Shown here: one piece after another, positions 54,751 to 64,000 of the stretch | Layout of the letters: the number at the start of each line of letters is the position of its first letter | Numbering within the stretch: position 1 is the first letter of the stretch | DNA from: Verrucomicrobiota bacterium | GTDB lineage: Bacteria > Verrucomicrobiota > Verrucomicrobiia > Verrucomicrobiales > Verrucomicrobiaceae | Assembly: GCA_963204975.1 (NCBI GenBank) | Contig: CAUJJC010000275.1 | Location: forward strand, 5,893 to 69,892 | Direction: 5' to 3' | DNA: 64,000 nucleotides | The notes under the pieces: model-generated | The model's database searches: none | What the model saw: only the letters and a program-made list of their open reading frames with translations | What the model was told of the DNA's origin: nothing | Translations under genes and position numbers: made by a program

Positions 54751-55920
54751 ATGGCATCATTGATCATTTTCCCTCGCGCACGCATTTTTCACGGACACGA
54801 CTGGGTTTACGCCAGCGACGTGCGCAATGCTTCGGGCGCCCCCCAACCTGGTGACGTGGTGATGCTGAAGGACTTCAAGCTGCGCCCGCTCGGCTCCGCG
54901 ATTTACAATCCCAAGTCCCAAATCATCGCCCGCCGCATCTCGTTCCGTGCCGTGGACTTGGACCAGGAATTCTTCCTCCGCCGCATCGAGCGCGCGTGGG
55001 AACATCGCAAATCGCTGGGCATCGACACCACCGTCTGCCGCGTCGTCTGGAGTGAGGCCGATGGCCTGCCCGGCCTTGTGGTGGATCGCTACGGCGATCA
55101 TGTGGTGTTTCAGACGCTGACCCTCGCCTTTGGCATGAGAGAGCACCTCATCGTTCGCGCCATCGAAGAGGTGCTCAAACCCAAGAGCATCACCGCCCGC
55201 AACGAAGGCAACATCCGCCTGGCCGAGGGCATGGAACTCGTGAAAAAGACCGTGGTCGGCGAGACTCCCCCACCTTTCCCGATTCAAGTCGCTGGCATGA
55301 CCTTCCAAATCGACGTGATGGATGGCCAGAAGACAGGGCTCTACATTGACCAGATCGACAACTACGTCGGTGTTGGCCGTATGGCCAAGGGCCGCCGCAC
55401 GCTGGACTGCTTCTGCAATCAAGGCGGATTCGCGCAAGCCGCCGCCCTCGGTGGTGCCTCGGAAGTGACCGCCATCGACGTTAGCGAGCCCGCGCTCAAG
55501 CAAGTGCAGGCCAATGCGCAGGCCGCCGGTGTGACGATCAAGACCATCGCGGAGAACGCCTTCGATTTCCTCAAGCGCAATGAAGCGGCGGGCGAAAAAT
55601 ACGATCTCATCATTCTCGATCCGCCATCCTTCACCCGCACCAAAGCCTCAGTAAATGATGCCCTGCGCGGCTACAAGGAAATCCACCTGCGCGCGATCAA
55701 GATGCTGGCTCCCGGTGGACGACTGGCCACCTTCAGCTGCTCGCATCATGTGAGCCTGGGTGAATTCTACAAGACGGTGCTTGATGCCGCCGTGGACGCG
55801 AAGCGCACGCTCCGCCTCGTAGAGCGCTTCGAACAGCGGCGCGATCATCCGATCATCGCAGGGCTTTCGGAGACAGAATACCTCCGGGGTTATGCGTTTG
55901 AATTGATGGCTTCCTGGTAG
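54751..55920 (+). CDS. rlmI: RlmI-like class I SAM-dependent rRNA (m5C) methyltransferase
   Basis: 389 aa. PUA-like N-terminus. QKTGLYIDQ, LDCFCNQGGF, IILDPPSF. Confidence 0.8.
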   Translation: MASLIIFPRARIFHGHDWVYASDVRNASGAPQPGDVVMLKDFKLRPLGSAIYNPKSQIIARRISFRAVDLDQEFFLRRIERAWEHRKSLGIDTTVCRVVWSEADGLPGLVVDRYGDHVVFQTLTLAFGMREHLIVRAIEEVLKPKSITARNEGNIRLAEGMELVKKTVVGETPPPFPIQVAGMTFQIDVMDGQKTGLYIDQIDNYVGVGRMAKGRRTLDCFCNQGGFAQAAALGGASEVTAIDVSEPALKQVQANAQAAGVTIKTIAENAFDFLKRNEAAGEKYDLIILDPPSFTRTKASVNDALRGYKEIHLRAIKMLAPGGRLATFSCSHHVSLGEFYKTVLDAAVDAKRTLRLVERFEQRRDHPIIAGLSETEYLRGYAFELMASW

Positions 55921-55929
55921 CCATTCCCC

Positions 55930-56928
55930 ATGAGCACGACCGCCTATCTTCAATTCTCGACCACTGGCGCTCCGCAGGATGTGCTGGAACTGTTGCACCG
56001 TGAAATGCCCGCTCTCGGGCCTCACGATGTGCGAGTGGCGATGCGCTACGCACCGATCAATCCAGCGGATCTCAACTTCATCGAAGGCAACTACGGCCGC
56101 CCATCGAATCCGCCCGCTGTTCCTGGGCACGAAGGCAGTGGAGAGGTGGTGGAAATTGGAACGGAAGTGGAATCTCTGAGCATCGGTGACTTCGTCATTC
56201 CTCTGCATTCGGGCGGCACCTGGACGCAGCAACTCGTCGCACCGGAAGGCTACTTCGCGAAGCTGCCGGATCGCATCGACCTCATGCAAGCGAGCATGTT
56301 GCGAATCAATCCGGTGACGGCGTGGCGCTTGCTGGAGGATTACGTGGAACTCGTGCCCGGTGACTGGATCGTGCAAAACGCGGCGAACTCGGGCGTGGGA
56401 CGTGCCTTGATCCAGATCGCCAAGCAGCGAGGCATCCGCACACTGAACTTTGTGCGCCGCGCGGAACTCATCAATGAACTCAAGGACCTCGGGGCTGATG
56501 AGGTGCTCGTCGATGACGATGCAGGCGTGGACGCCGCACGACAAATCCTACAGCACAACACACCACGCCTCGCCGCGAATGCGGTGGGTGGCGATAGTGC
56601 GGTGCGGCTGATGGAGGTGCTCGCCGCGCATGGCACGATGGTGACCTACGGGGCGATGAGCCGCCGCAGCCTCAAGGTGCCCAACAAGTTCCTCATCTTC
56701 AAAGATCTGTCCCTGCGCGGCCTGTGGGTGACAAAGTGGTTCGAAAGCGCCAGCCACGCGGAGATCACTGAGGTGCTGCGTCCGCTGGCAGCCATGGTGG
56801 TCGAGGACAACCTCGTCACCGCCGTAGATGCGGTGGTTCCGCTCAAGGATTATCGCCGCGCCGTGCAGCGTGCGATGGAAGGCGGACGTAGTGGGAAAGT
56901 GGTCATCGACTTGGCCGCCGCAGATTGA
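55930..56928 (+). CDS. MDR-family NADPH-dependent enoyl reductase / quinone oxidoreductase (MECR/Etr1-like)
   Basis: 332 aa. INPADLNFIEGNYG, PGHEGSGEVV, QNAANSGVGRALIQIAK. Confidence 0.75.
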   Translation: MSTTAYLQFSTTGAPQDVLELLHREMPALGPHDVRVAMRYAPINPADLNFIEGNYGRPSNPPAVPGHEGSGEVVEIGTEVESLSIGDFVIPLHSGGTWTQQLVAPEGYFAKLPDRIDLMQASMLRINPVTAWRLLEDYVELVPGDWIVQNAANSGVGRALIQIAKQRGIRTLNFVRRAELINELKDLGADEVLVDDDAGVDAARQILQHNTPRLAANAVGGDSAVRLMEVLAAHGTMVTYGAMSRRSLKVPNKFLIFKDLSLRGLWVTKWFESASHAEITEVLRPLAAMVVEDNLVTAVDAVVPLKDYRRAVQRAMEGGRSGKVVIDLAAAD

Positions 56929-57040
56929 GGCAGATGCACCAAAGAACCAGGGAACGTCAGGCGTTCACTCAGACGCAGACGGTGAACACGGGCGAAAGTC
57001 CAGTTTGCGCCGTTCTGTTTCACACATTATCAATCCCCCC

Positions 57041-57310
57041 ATGAACACACACCTTCTTGCCATCGGACCCCTCGGAACCTGGGAAATGGTCGTCATCGCC
57101 TTGCTCGTGCTGGTTCTCTTTGGCGCGAAAAAACTTCCCACCTTTGCCCGCAGCCTCGGCCGCAGCATGGGTGAATTCCGTCGTGCTAAAGACGAGTTCG
57201 AACAGGAGCTTCATCGTGCCCAGGACGACGCCGAGCGTCCCGCGATCAAGCCTGAAGCCGCCTCCAAAACGGTAGCTGTGGACCGCCAGCGCGATCACGA
57301 AGACGCCTGA
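57041..57310 (+). CDS. tatA: Twin-arginine translocase subunit TatA/E
   Basis: Start set at ATG 57041. WEMVVIALLVLVLFGAKKLPTFARSLGRSMGEFRRAKDEF. Confidence 0.88.
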   Translation: MNTHLLAIGPLGTWEMVVIALLVLVLFGAKKLPTFARSLGRSMGEFRRAKDEFEQELHRAQDDAERPAIKPEAASKTVAVDRQRDHEDA

Positions 57311-57311
57311 C

Positions 57312-58313
57312 ATGATTTCACGCCTGCCATCGCAGCGCATTCAAAGGCGGCCAGCAGCAATGCTCGTCGCCTTTTTTCTGTGCCTCGGAGGAACTGCGAA
57401 CCTCAACGCTCAAGCCGAGAAAACGGAGGCCTCCCGCGAGGACGCCATTGTCTTCTGCTCCTACAATCTGAAGAACTGGCTGATGATGGATCGCACCTTC
57501 AAGAAAACCGGCAAGCTGACGGGCAAGCCGGAGAAGGAGAAGGCCAAGGTGATCGAGTTCCTCAAGGCGATCCACCCCGATGTGCTCGGAGTATGCGAGA
57601 TAGGTAGCGACGACGATGTGGCCGATCTCAAGAAACGCCTCGCAGATGTGGGACTCGACTACCCTTTCACCGAGCGTGCCCACGGCGGTGATCCCGTTCG
57701 TGCCCTTGCTTTGTTGAGCAAGTTCCCCATCACGGCCAGGAATTCCCAGACCAGCCTCAGCTACCAACTGGGCGAACTCACACTGCCGTTTCAGCGTGGC
57801 ATTCTCGACGTGACAATCGAGGTGAATCCTCAATTCAAGCTGCGCTGCCTGGGTGTGCATCTGAAGTCCATGCGCACTATTCCCGAAGCAGACCAAGCCC
57901 TGATGCGCCGCAACGAAGCCTACCTCGTGCGCAAGCATGTGGAGGGGATCATGAAGGCGGAACCAGGAACGAAATTACTGGCCTACGGCGACTTCAACGA
58001 TCATCCCAAGAACGATCCCATCGTTGCCATTCGCGGTGATCGCGCCGTGCCTGAGAATTCACTGAGCGATGTGCCCCTGCGTGATGTGAACGGCCTCGTC
58101 TGGACGCACTCCTATGAATGGGAGGACAGCTACTCGCGCCTCGACTATGCCTTCGTCAACCGGGCGCTGCATCCGCATGTGAGCTTCCGCCGCTCCTACA
58201 TCTTCTGGGACAAGGATTTCGACAAGGCCAGCGATCACCGCCCACTCGTCCTTCAGTTGTCCCTCAAGTCCACGAAAGCCGAGCCGAAGAAGGCGGAGCC
58301 GGTGGCAAAGTGA
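57312..58313 (+). CDS. Secreted endonuclease/exonuclease/phosphatase (EEP) family protein
   Basis: Signal peptide. SYNLKNW, VLGVCEIG, GDFND, C-terminal SDHRPL. Confidence 0.75.
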   Translation: MISRLPSQRIQRRPAAMLVAFFLCLGGTANLNAQAEKTEASREDAIVFCSYNLKNWLMMDRTFKKTGKLTGKPEKEKAKVIEFLKAIHPDVLGVCEIGSDDDVADLKKRLADVGLDYPFTERAHGGDPVRALALLSKFPITARNSQTSLSYQLGELTLPFQRGILDVTIEVNPQFKLRCLGVHLKSMRTIPEADQALMRRNEAYLVRKHVEGIMKAEPGTKLLAYGDFNDHPKNDPIVAIRGDRAVPENSLSDVPLRDVNGLVWTHSYEWEDSYSRLDYAFVNRALHPHVSFRRSYIFWDKDFDKASDHRPLVLQLSLKSTKAEPKKAEPVAK

Positions 58314-58537
58314 GAATCGCAGCTTGCACGACCACTGCGCTGCCCTTACAAACCGGGCGTCTGATGAACCTCAAACCTGCCAGCCTCCATGTGAAGCGAG
58401 CTACCGTCGTAGCCCGCCGAGTTTGGCTTGCCTAGCCCCCTTGGTTTGACGTTCTCCCAGCTCTGTTGAAGCACTCCTCGCCTCCTCATTCAGACGCCAG
58501 CACCTCCCAGGTGGAACATCAAACCCGTTCCACCTCC

Positions 58538-59434
58538 ATGAGCACTGAAACTGCTGAATCCCCTCTGCCAATGAAGCCCCGCATCAACGTGCGCGAGGGC
58601 TCCATCTGGATGCTGGTCTCCCTGCTTTGCTTCACAGCCAATTCCCTGCTGCTGAAATACTTCGCCACCAGCCGCCACATTGATCCCTGGGTGTCGATGG
58701 CCTTTCGCTTCGGCATCGGGCTCGCCTTGACCTGGCTGATCTTCACCCCCAGCGGCACGCTGAATTTGGGGCGAAGCTTCAAGAGCTGGTTGCTCGCCTC
58801 ACGCGGTGTCTTTGGCGGGTTGGGCACGGCGGCTTATTACTTCAGCATCGGGCACATGGGTGCGGGCAAGGCAACGCTGGTGGGCAACACTTGGTGCGTG
58901 TTCTCTGCCATCATGGCCATGTTCGTTCTGGGTGAAAAGCTCACGCGCGGCAAGGCTGCGGGCATTGCCATCACGCTCGCAGGTCTCGCCCTGCTGACGG
59001 GCCTGGCACCAGGCACTCTGGGCACCTTTGGCCAATGGGAGCTGGTGGCCCTCGTCGGCGCACTGCTGGCGGCTGCGGTCGTCGTCATGATTCGGCAGCT
59101 CACCGCCACCGAAACCAGCGCCACCATCTTCGCTTCGCAGTGCATCTATGGCTTGCTCCTGGCTTTACCCTTCGCTGTGCTGAAGGCACCGCATCTCGAT
59201 GCGATTGATGTGGTCCTGCTTATGGTCGCTTCATTGTGCGCCGCTGCGGGACAACTGGCGATGACCGAGGGTTTTCGCTTCCTGACTGTGGCGGTCGGCG
59301 GTGCCTTTCAAATCACGCTTCCGGTGGTGATTTCGATCGGGAGCATCGCGCTATTTAACGAACCTTTCAGTCTGGTGCAGGTCCTCGGTGCCGTATTGAT
59401 CCTGGCGGGCTCCTTCCAAACAGTGCGGAAGTGA
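58538..59434 (+). CDS. DMT superfamily (EamA-like) transporter
   Basis: 10 predicted TM helices across two EamA-like halves. The start is ambiguous (TTG 58466, ATG 58538 or ATG 58571). Confidence 0.75.
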   Translation: MSTETAESPLPMKPRINVREGSIWMLVSLLCFTANSLLLKYFATSRHIDPWVSMAFRFGIGLALTWLIFTPSGTLNLGRSFKSWLLASRGVFGGLGTAAYYFSIGHMGAGKATLVGNTWCVFSAIMAMFVLGEKLTRGKAAGIAITLAGLALLTGLAPGTLGTFGQWELVALVGALLAAAVVVMIRQLTATETSATIFASQCIYGLLLALPFAVLKAPHLDAIDVVLLMVASLCAAAGQLAMTEGFRFLTVAVGGAFQITLPVVISIGSIALFNEPFSLVQVLGAVLILAGSFQTVRK

Positions 59435-59543
59435 CCGAAGAGTGCGCCCGCTGGCCATTCGCAAGCGTTGTTGGCCAAAGGGCTCGCACCAGAAAGAACC
59501 GCTTGCCCCTTCCCGTTCCCTCGCCGCTTTTAATCCTTTCCTC

Positions 59544-60821
59544 ATGAGCATGATCCTCCGTTCCTCCATCGTGCTGGCGCTTAGCGCTGGCGTTGCCCTG
59601 GCAGAATCCAAACCCGGTGAGTGGCCCGCCTTTCGCGGCACCAACAACGGCCTCGCCGTAGCCCCCAAAAGCGTGCGCGACTGGAAGCGTGTGCAGTTGA
59701 AGAAGGTGTGGAAGGAAGACACGCCTGCGGGATTTAGTTCGTTTGCAGTCGCTGGGGGCAAGGCCTACACCATCGTGACGGACGAAGTCGATGGAAACAA
59801 AGGCGAGGTGCTCGTGGCGCACGATGCGAAGACCGGTAAGAAAGCCTGGAGCAAGCCCCTGGGCGTGATCTCCAAGTATGATGGTGGCGGTGATGCTGGC
59901 ACCAATGAGAACAAAGGTGGCGATGGTCCTCGCTCGACTCCCGTGGTCGATGGCGGCCTTGTTTATGCCATTGATGCCAACCTGGGCGTGTATTGCTTCA
60001 ATGCTCTGGACGGCAAGCCAGTTTGGTCGCACGACGTGATGAAGGAAAACGCAGGCGTGCAGATCAAGTGGCAAAACGCCGCCTCCCCGCTCATCGACGG
60101 CAACGTCCTGCTGATGTGCGGCGGTGGTCCTGGCCAAGCGCTAATCGGCTTTGACAAGGCAACCGGCAAAATTCTCTGGAAGGGCGAGGACGACAAGATG
60201 ACCCACGCCACTCCTGTCTCGGCTGACATTCTGGGCGTGCATCAGGTCATCTTCTTCACTCAGAAAGGCTTGGTCGCCGTGGTCCCAGACAGCGGCAAGG
60301 TCCTCTGGCGTGCCGAATACAAGTTCGCCGTCTCCACCGCCGCCTCCCCCGTGGTCTGGAATGACATCGTCTATTGCTCCGCCGGCTACGGCGTAGGCGC
60401 TGGTGCCTTCAAGATCAGCAAGGAAGGCGACGGCATGCAAGCTGCCCCGATCTGGCGCAAGGAAGGCAACGATCTCGCCAATCACTGGAGCACTCCCGTA
60501 GTCAAAGACGGTTTCCTCTACGGCATGTTCAGCTTCAAAGAATATGGCAAAGGCCCCGTCGCCTGCGTGGACATCCGCACGGGCGATGTGAAATGGAAGG
60601 AGGAAGGCTTTGGCCCAGGACAGGTCATCCTCGCTGACAAGACCCTCGTGGCGATCAGCGACAAGGGTGAGATCGTCTTCATCGAAGCCTCGCCAGAGAA
60701 ATACAACGAACTAAGCCGTGACCAAGTCGTGAAGGGCAAGGTCTGGAGCTATCCCGTGCTGGCCTACGATCACCTCTATGCCCGCAGCACCATGGAAGGT
60801 GGTTGCTGGGAACTGAAGTAG
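59544..60821 (+). CDS. Secreted PQQ-like (BamB-type) beta-propeller repeat protein
   Basis: Start set at MSMILRSSIVLALSAGVALA. Repeated G.VY....DG..W motifs (GLVYAIDANLGVYCFNALDGKPVW, GKVLWRA, GDVKW). Confidence 0.75.
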   Translation: MSMILRSSIVLALSAGVALAESKPGEWPAFRGTNNGLAVAPKSVRDWKRVQLKKVWKEDTPAGFSSFAVAGGKAYTIVTDEVDGNKGEVLVAHDAKTGKKAWSKPLGVISKYDGGGDAGTNENKGGDGPRSTPVVDGGLVYAIDANLGVYCFNALDGKPVWSHDVMKENAGVQIKWQNAASPLIDGNVLLMCGGGPGQALIGFDKATGKILWKGEDDKMTHATPVSADILGVHQVIFFTQKGLVAVVPDSGKVLWRAEYKFAVSTAASPVVWNDIVYCSAGYGVGAGAFKISKEGDGMQAAPIWRKEGNDLANHWSTPVVKDGFLYGMFSFKEYGKGPVACVDIRTGDVKWKEEGFGPGQVILADKTLVAISDKGEIVFIEASPEKYNELSRDQVVKGKVWSYPVLAYDHLYARSTMEGGCWELK

Positions 60822-60850
60822 TCCGCCACGAGTCGCTGACGAATCAAATG

Positions 60851-60884
60851 AAAGCCCGGTCCTCGCGGATCGGGCTTTTTGTTT
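60851..60884. terminator. Bidirectional intrinsic terminator (propeller gene / LOG gene)
   Basis: AAAGCCCGGTCC-TCGC-GGATCGGGCTTTTTGTTT. The complement is also followed by a T-rich run. Confidence 0.75.
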
Positions 60885-60899
60885 GAGTGGGATGCTGAA

Positions 60900-61763
60900 T
60901 CAAATCCCTCGTTCGCCCAGCAGCACACTCTCCTTCGGCACGCGAGCGCGTCGGAGCTTGAACTGCTTCACCGCCTTCTCTTCGAGATGGGCGACGGCCT
61001 CGTCGATTGAATCCGTGAAAAGCATCAAATCGAGATCCTCCGGACTGATCGTGCCTCCCGATACCATCTTTTCGAGAAAGTCCCGGAGGTCCGTCCAGTA
61101 TTCCTTGCCCATCAGCACTACGGGGAAGTTCTCTAGCTTGCCGGTCTGGATCAAGGTCAGCGCCTCGAACATCTCATCCATGGTGCCAAAACCTCCCGGC
61201 ATGATCACAAAACCATAGCTATATTTGATGAGCAGCGTTTTGCGGACGAAGAAGTGTTTGATGTCCACTGACCGATCCAGGTAGGGATTCTGCTTTTGTT
61301 CGAAAGGCAGGATAATATTGCAGCCCACACTACGCCCGCCCACGTCCTTGGCCCCACGATTGGCGGCCTCCATGATGCCCGGACCACCGCCCGTCATCAC
61401 CGTAAAGCCCATCTTGGAAATCGCCGCCCCGAGCTTTCTCGTGAGCACATAATATGGGTGATCCTCCTTGTAGCGGGCGGAACCAAACACCGTCACGCAA
61501 GGACCCACAAAGTGGAGCGCACGAAATCCAACCAGGAAATCCTTCACCACGCTCATGAGCAGGCTGAAGTCCCTGGATCGCGGATTAGGACCTGCGAGCA
61601 ACAGGCGGTCTTGAAAAGCCGTCGTAAACTCCTCCTCGGCTTTGATTTCACTCGGGCTGGGGGGAGGCCCACCATGGGGCAATGTTTTTGCGGCGGATTC
61701 GGGGATCATCTGGCTGGAAGCGTTGACTATGATCAGAACCCCACTAAAGGCAAAGCTGCTCAA
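60900..61763 (-). CDS. LOG-family (TIGR00730) nucleotide phosphoribohydrolase
   Basis: GGGPGIMEA and PGGFGTMDEMFE motifs. The true start may be the internal ATG at 61709. Confidence 0.85.
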   Translation of the reverse strand: MSSFAFSGVLIIVNASSQMIPESAAKTLPHGGPPPSPSEIKAEEEFTTAFQDRLLLAGPNPRSRDFSLLMSVVKDFLVGFRALHFVGPCVTVFGSARYKEDHPYYVLTRKLGAAISKMGFTVMTGGGPGIMEAANRGAKDVGGRSVGCNIILPFEQKQNPYLDRSVDIKHFFVRKTLLIKYSYGFVIMPGGFGTMDEMFEALTLIQTGKLENFPVVLMGKEYWTDLRDFLEKMVSGGTISPEDLDLMLFTDSIDEAVAHLEEKAVKQFKLRRARVPKESVLLGERGI

Positions 61764-61843
61764 CGATTTTTGCCTGGAACTGAAAAAAGCGAGATTGACC
61801 TTGCCAACCAGAGGCGATTTTTGCTAACAATGATACCACCCGC

Positions 61844-62263
61844 ATGAAAAAGCGCTTCCTACTTACCCTTACCGCCCTCCTCACCATTGGCAGCATGGCC
61901 ATGGCTGACATCCAATCTCCTCCAGGAGGCCAGTTTAACTGGAGCCGCAAGCTCTCGCGTGCCATCGCCAATCTGGCTTACGCCCCCTTCGAAATTCCTT
62001 CATACGCCATGCGTTCGCTGCGAAGCGAGGGCAACGTGGGCTCCAATGTAATCGCCCCTATCGAAGGCCTCAAGCGCACTGCCGTCCGCATCGGTTACGG
62101 TGTGTTTGAAGTCGTGACTTTCCCAGTTCCTGCTTACAAGGCGACCTACCGTCCGCCGTATTATCGCAAGCAGCGTATCGACCCCTGGTTCGGCTACGAT
62201 GAGTTCCCGCCACAGTTTGGCATTGCGGCTCAATCGACCTACAGCCGCACCCAGAGCTGGTAA
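61844..62263 (+). CDS. Exosortase-system-associated small secreted protein (TIGR04073-like)
   Basis: Signal peptide MKKRFLLTLTALLTIGSMAMA. KLSRAIANLAYAPFEIP...GLKRTAVRIGYGVFEVVTFPVP matches my recollection of TIGR04073. Confidence 0.55.
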   Translation: MKKRFLLTLTALLTIGSMAMADIQSPPGGQFNWSRKLSRAIANLAYAPFEIPSYAMRSLRSEGNVGSNVIAPIEGLKRTAVRIGYGVFEVVTFPVPAYKATYRPPYYRKQRIDPWFGYDEFPPQFGIAAQSTYSRTQSW

Positions 62264-62296
62264 ATTTGGCTTATATACGTTCGTGGTTCTGTGTGG

Positions 62297-62331
62297 GAAG
62301 GCCCAGCCGTGAGGCTGGGCTTTTCTTTTTC
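62297..62331 (+). terminator. Intrinsic terminator
   Basis: GCCCAGCC-GTGA-GGCTGGGC followed by TTTTCTTTTT. Confidence 0.8.
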
Positions 62332-62348
62332 CCGCAAGCTGCCAATGA

Positions 62349-62855
62349 TTGAGGATCATGCTTCCGAAGACTTTGATACTGATGGGTGTATGCGGCTGCG
62401 GCAAAACGCGAGTCGGCGAGATGCTCGCTCGCGAGACTGGAGCCATCTTTGAAGACGCTGACAACTTTCATACTGAAGCGGCCAAAGACAAGATGCGCGC
62501 GGGCACACCCCTCACGGACGATGACCGCTGGCCGTGGTTTGACCGTCTCCGCGCCCGCATGGTGGAAATGCGGGACAAGGTGCCGCTCTACATCCTCGCC
62601 TGCTCGGCGCTGAAGCAGAAATATCGAGACTATCTCCGCGCAGACGATCCAACCGAGGTGCTCCAGTTCGTCTTCCTTGATGGGAGCTTCGAATTGATCG
62701 AGAACCGGATGTCACGCCGCAAGGGGCATTACATGCCGGTCAGTCTCCTGCAAAGCCAGTTCGCGATACTGGAGCGACCGACCGACGCGGTCACCGTTTC
62801 CATCGAGCCGCCGCCAAAGAAGATCGTGGCCGACATCCTGCGCAAGCTAGGCTGA
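62349..62855 (+). CDS. gntK: Gluconokinase (GntK/IdnK family)
   Basis: 168 aa. P-loop LMGVCGCGKT. HTEAAKDKMRAGTPLTDDDRWPW. Confidence 0.85.
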   Translation: MRIMLPKTLILMGVCGCGKTRVGEMLARETGAIFEDADNFHTEAAKDKMRAGTPLTDDDRWPWFDRLRARMVEMRDKVPLYILACSALKQKYRDYLRADDPTEVLQFVFLDGSFELIENRMSRRKGHYMPVSLLQSQFAILERPTDAVTVSIEPPPKKIVADILRKLG

Positions 62856-63854
62856 GTAGCGTCCTTTGCGCGGTCCGCTCATCCACTTCCACGCGCTTTC
62901 AATGTGGCTGCGCGGGTCCTTGAACTGGGCCTCCCAGCCCAGCACAGCCTTGGCCTTGGCGGGGTTGCAGATCAGCTCGCTTGGATCGCCGGCACGACGC
63001 GGGCCGTATTGCACGGGCACCTTCTGGCCGGTGACGGACTCGGCAGTTTGGATGATCTCCTTCACACTGAAGCCACGTCCGGTGCCGAGATTGACGGCGG
63101 TCGTTTCGCCGCCCTGGCGCAGGTAGTTCAGCGCCAGCGCATGGGCCGAGGCCAAATCATTGACGTGGATGTAGTCGCGGATGCAGGTGCCATCAGCAGT
63201 TGGATAGTCAGTGCCGAAGACGGTGATGGCGTCAATTTCTCCCGTGATAGCCATCAAGATGCGAGGAATAAGATGGGTCTCGGGGCTGTGATCTTCGCCG
63301 ATCTCGCCCTCAAGATCACAACCACTCGCATTGAAGTAACGCAGGAAGACACACCGCAGGCCCCAGGCGATGCCGCAATCTCGGAGCACACGCTCCAGCA
63401 TCCATTTGCTTGCACCATACGGATTCACTGGCTGTTGCGGGTGGTCCTCGCTCATCGGCATGAATTGCGGATCGCCATACGTCGCGCAGGTGCTGGAGAA
63501 AATGAACTGCTTGCAGCCGTGCCTCTGCATCGCGTCAAGCAACGTGAGCGGTGCTGCGAGGTTGTTGCGATAGTATTTGAGCGGATCAGTGACGGACTCT
63601 CCGACAAAGGCGAATGCTGCGAAATGCAGGACGGCCTCAATCTTGTGCTGTGTGAAGAGGCTTTCGACCAGGGCAGCATCGCTCATGTCACCACGGACAA
63701 AGGTCACGCGGTCCAATGAAAGTGCCTCTACATGGCCAAAGACGAGGTTGTCGAGCACGATGATGCTTTCGTGCTGCGTGAGCAGATGGCGAACGGTGTG
63801 AGAGCCGATGTAGCCTGCGCCACCGGTAACAAGGAGAGAGCCAGAAGAGGACAT
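62847..63854 (-). CDS. galE: UDP-glucose 4-epimerase
   Basis: 335 aa. TGGAGYIGSH, PYGASKWM, FNASGC, RAGDP. Confidence 0.9.
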   Translation of the reverse strand: MSSSGSLLVTGGAGYIGSHTVRHLLTQHESIIVLDNLVFGHVEALSLDRVTFVRGDMSDAALVESLFTQHKIEAVLHFAAFAFVGESVTDPLKYYRNNLAAPLTLLDAMQRHGCKQFIFSSTCATYGDPQFMPMSEDHPQQPVNPYGASKWMLERVLRDCGIAWGLRCVFLRYFNASGCDLEGEIGEDHSPETHLIPRILMAITGEIDAITVFGTDYPTADGTCIRDYIHVNDLASAHALALNYLRQGGETTAVNLGTGRGFSVKEIIQTAESVTGQKVPVQYGPRRAGDPSELICNPAKAKAVLGWEAQFKDPRSHIESAWKWMSGPRKGRYSA

Positions 63855-63972
63855 CCGCAGACTGTCCCGAAGACACGCCAGGATGCAACACCCTCAAGCG
63901 GGTGGCGACACCTCCATCAGTTCGTTTCCTTGCCTTGACCACGCTCTTGCTACCGCTAGTCTCGCGCCCACT

Positions 63973-64000
63973 ATGGACACCGTCAGACTCGGCATCGTTG
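63973..64000 (+). CDS. 5' end of a CDS truncated by the window edge
   Basis: ATG 63973 then MDTVRLGIV..., which resembles Gfo/Idh/MocA-type N-termini. Only 9 codons are visible. Confidence 0.25.

Noticed and set aside
58314-58456. Possible degenerate fifth copy of the kdp palindromic element (GAGAATCGCAGC...GCGAGCTA...TTGACGTTCTCCC) between the EEP and DMT genes.
   Set aside because: Only short patches match (the termini and a few internal 6-8-mers). By eye I cannot separate this from chance similarity in GC-rich DNA. It needs a proper alignment.
1-64000. Scanned for CRISPR arrays, tRNA/rRNA genes, transposases, integrases and phage genes.
   Set aside because: I found no regularly spaced short direct repeats, no tRNA-like GGTTCGAATCC arms in intergenic regions, and no transposase or integrase motifs in any long ORF.

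Overview
This is a high-GC (roughly 60%) bacterial chromosomal window. Its gene content (a PSCyt1/DUF1549/DUF1553 + DUF1501 pair, a TIGR04073-like protein, giant secreted Ig-domain proteins) suggests Verrucomicrobiota/PVC; that is inference only. Layout: 1-9.1 kb is a translationally coupled exopolysaccharide operon (GT4, DUF4091, two CelD/FemAB-like acyltransferases, GT4, Wzz/GumC-P-loop fusion). 9.1-19.9 kb is a minus-strand block: small Cys-motif membrane protein, a 1423-aa YVTN/di-haem peroxidase/Ig protein, a 1155-aa protein with a triplicated unknown domain, a His-rich beta-barrel and an SGNH-like membrane protein. 20-22 kb holds a secreted CN-hydrolase and a methyltransferase. 22.6-31.2 kb is a periplasmic copper/haem/oxidative-stress cluster. 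31.4-39.3 kb is kdpABCDE. 39.6-43.7 kb is tdh-AGE-kbl plus a TRIC channel. 43.7-45.3 kb is an XRE-cupin gene carrying an HNH two-gene cassette. 45.3-47.5 kb is LMW-PTP plus an rpiB-glyA fusion. 47.6-51.9 kb is BlaI plus an M56-PBP2 fusion. The rest is housekeeping genes. No rRNA, tRNA, CRISPR array, transposase or integrase was seen. The most unusual observations are: (1) a palindromic MITE-like element with four copies confined to the kdp operon, two of them in frame inside kdpA and kdpB; (2) a duplicated module of small HPCxxCC protein plus conserved leader hairpin, each copy upstream of haem-c genes; (3) an HNH cassette flanked by a 121-130 bp duplication of the host gene 3' end that differs only by synonymous changes; (4) a BlaI/M56-PBP2 sensor fusion. 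All functional calls rest on motifs read by eye; no database search was run.
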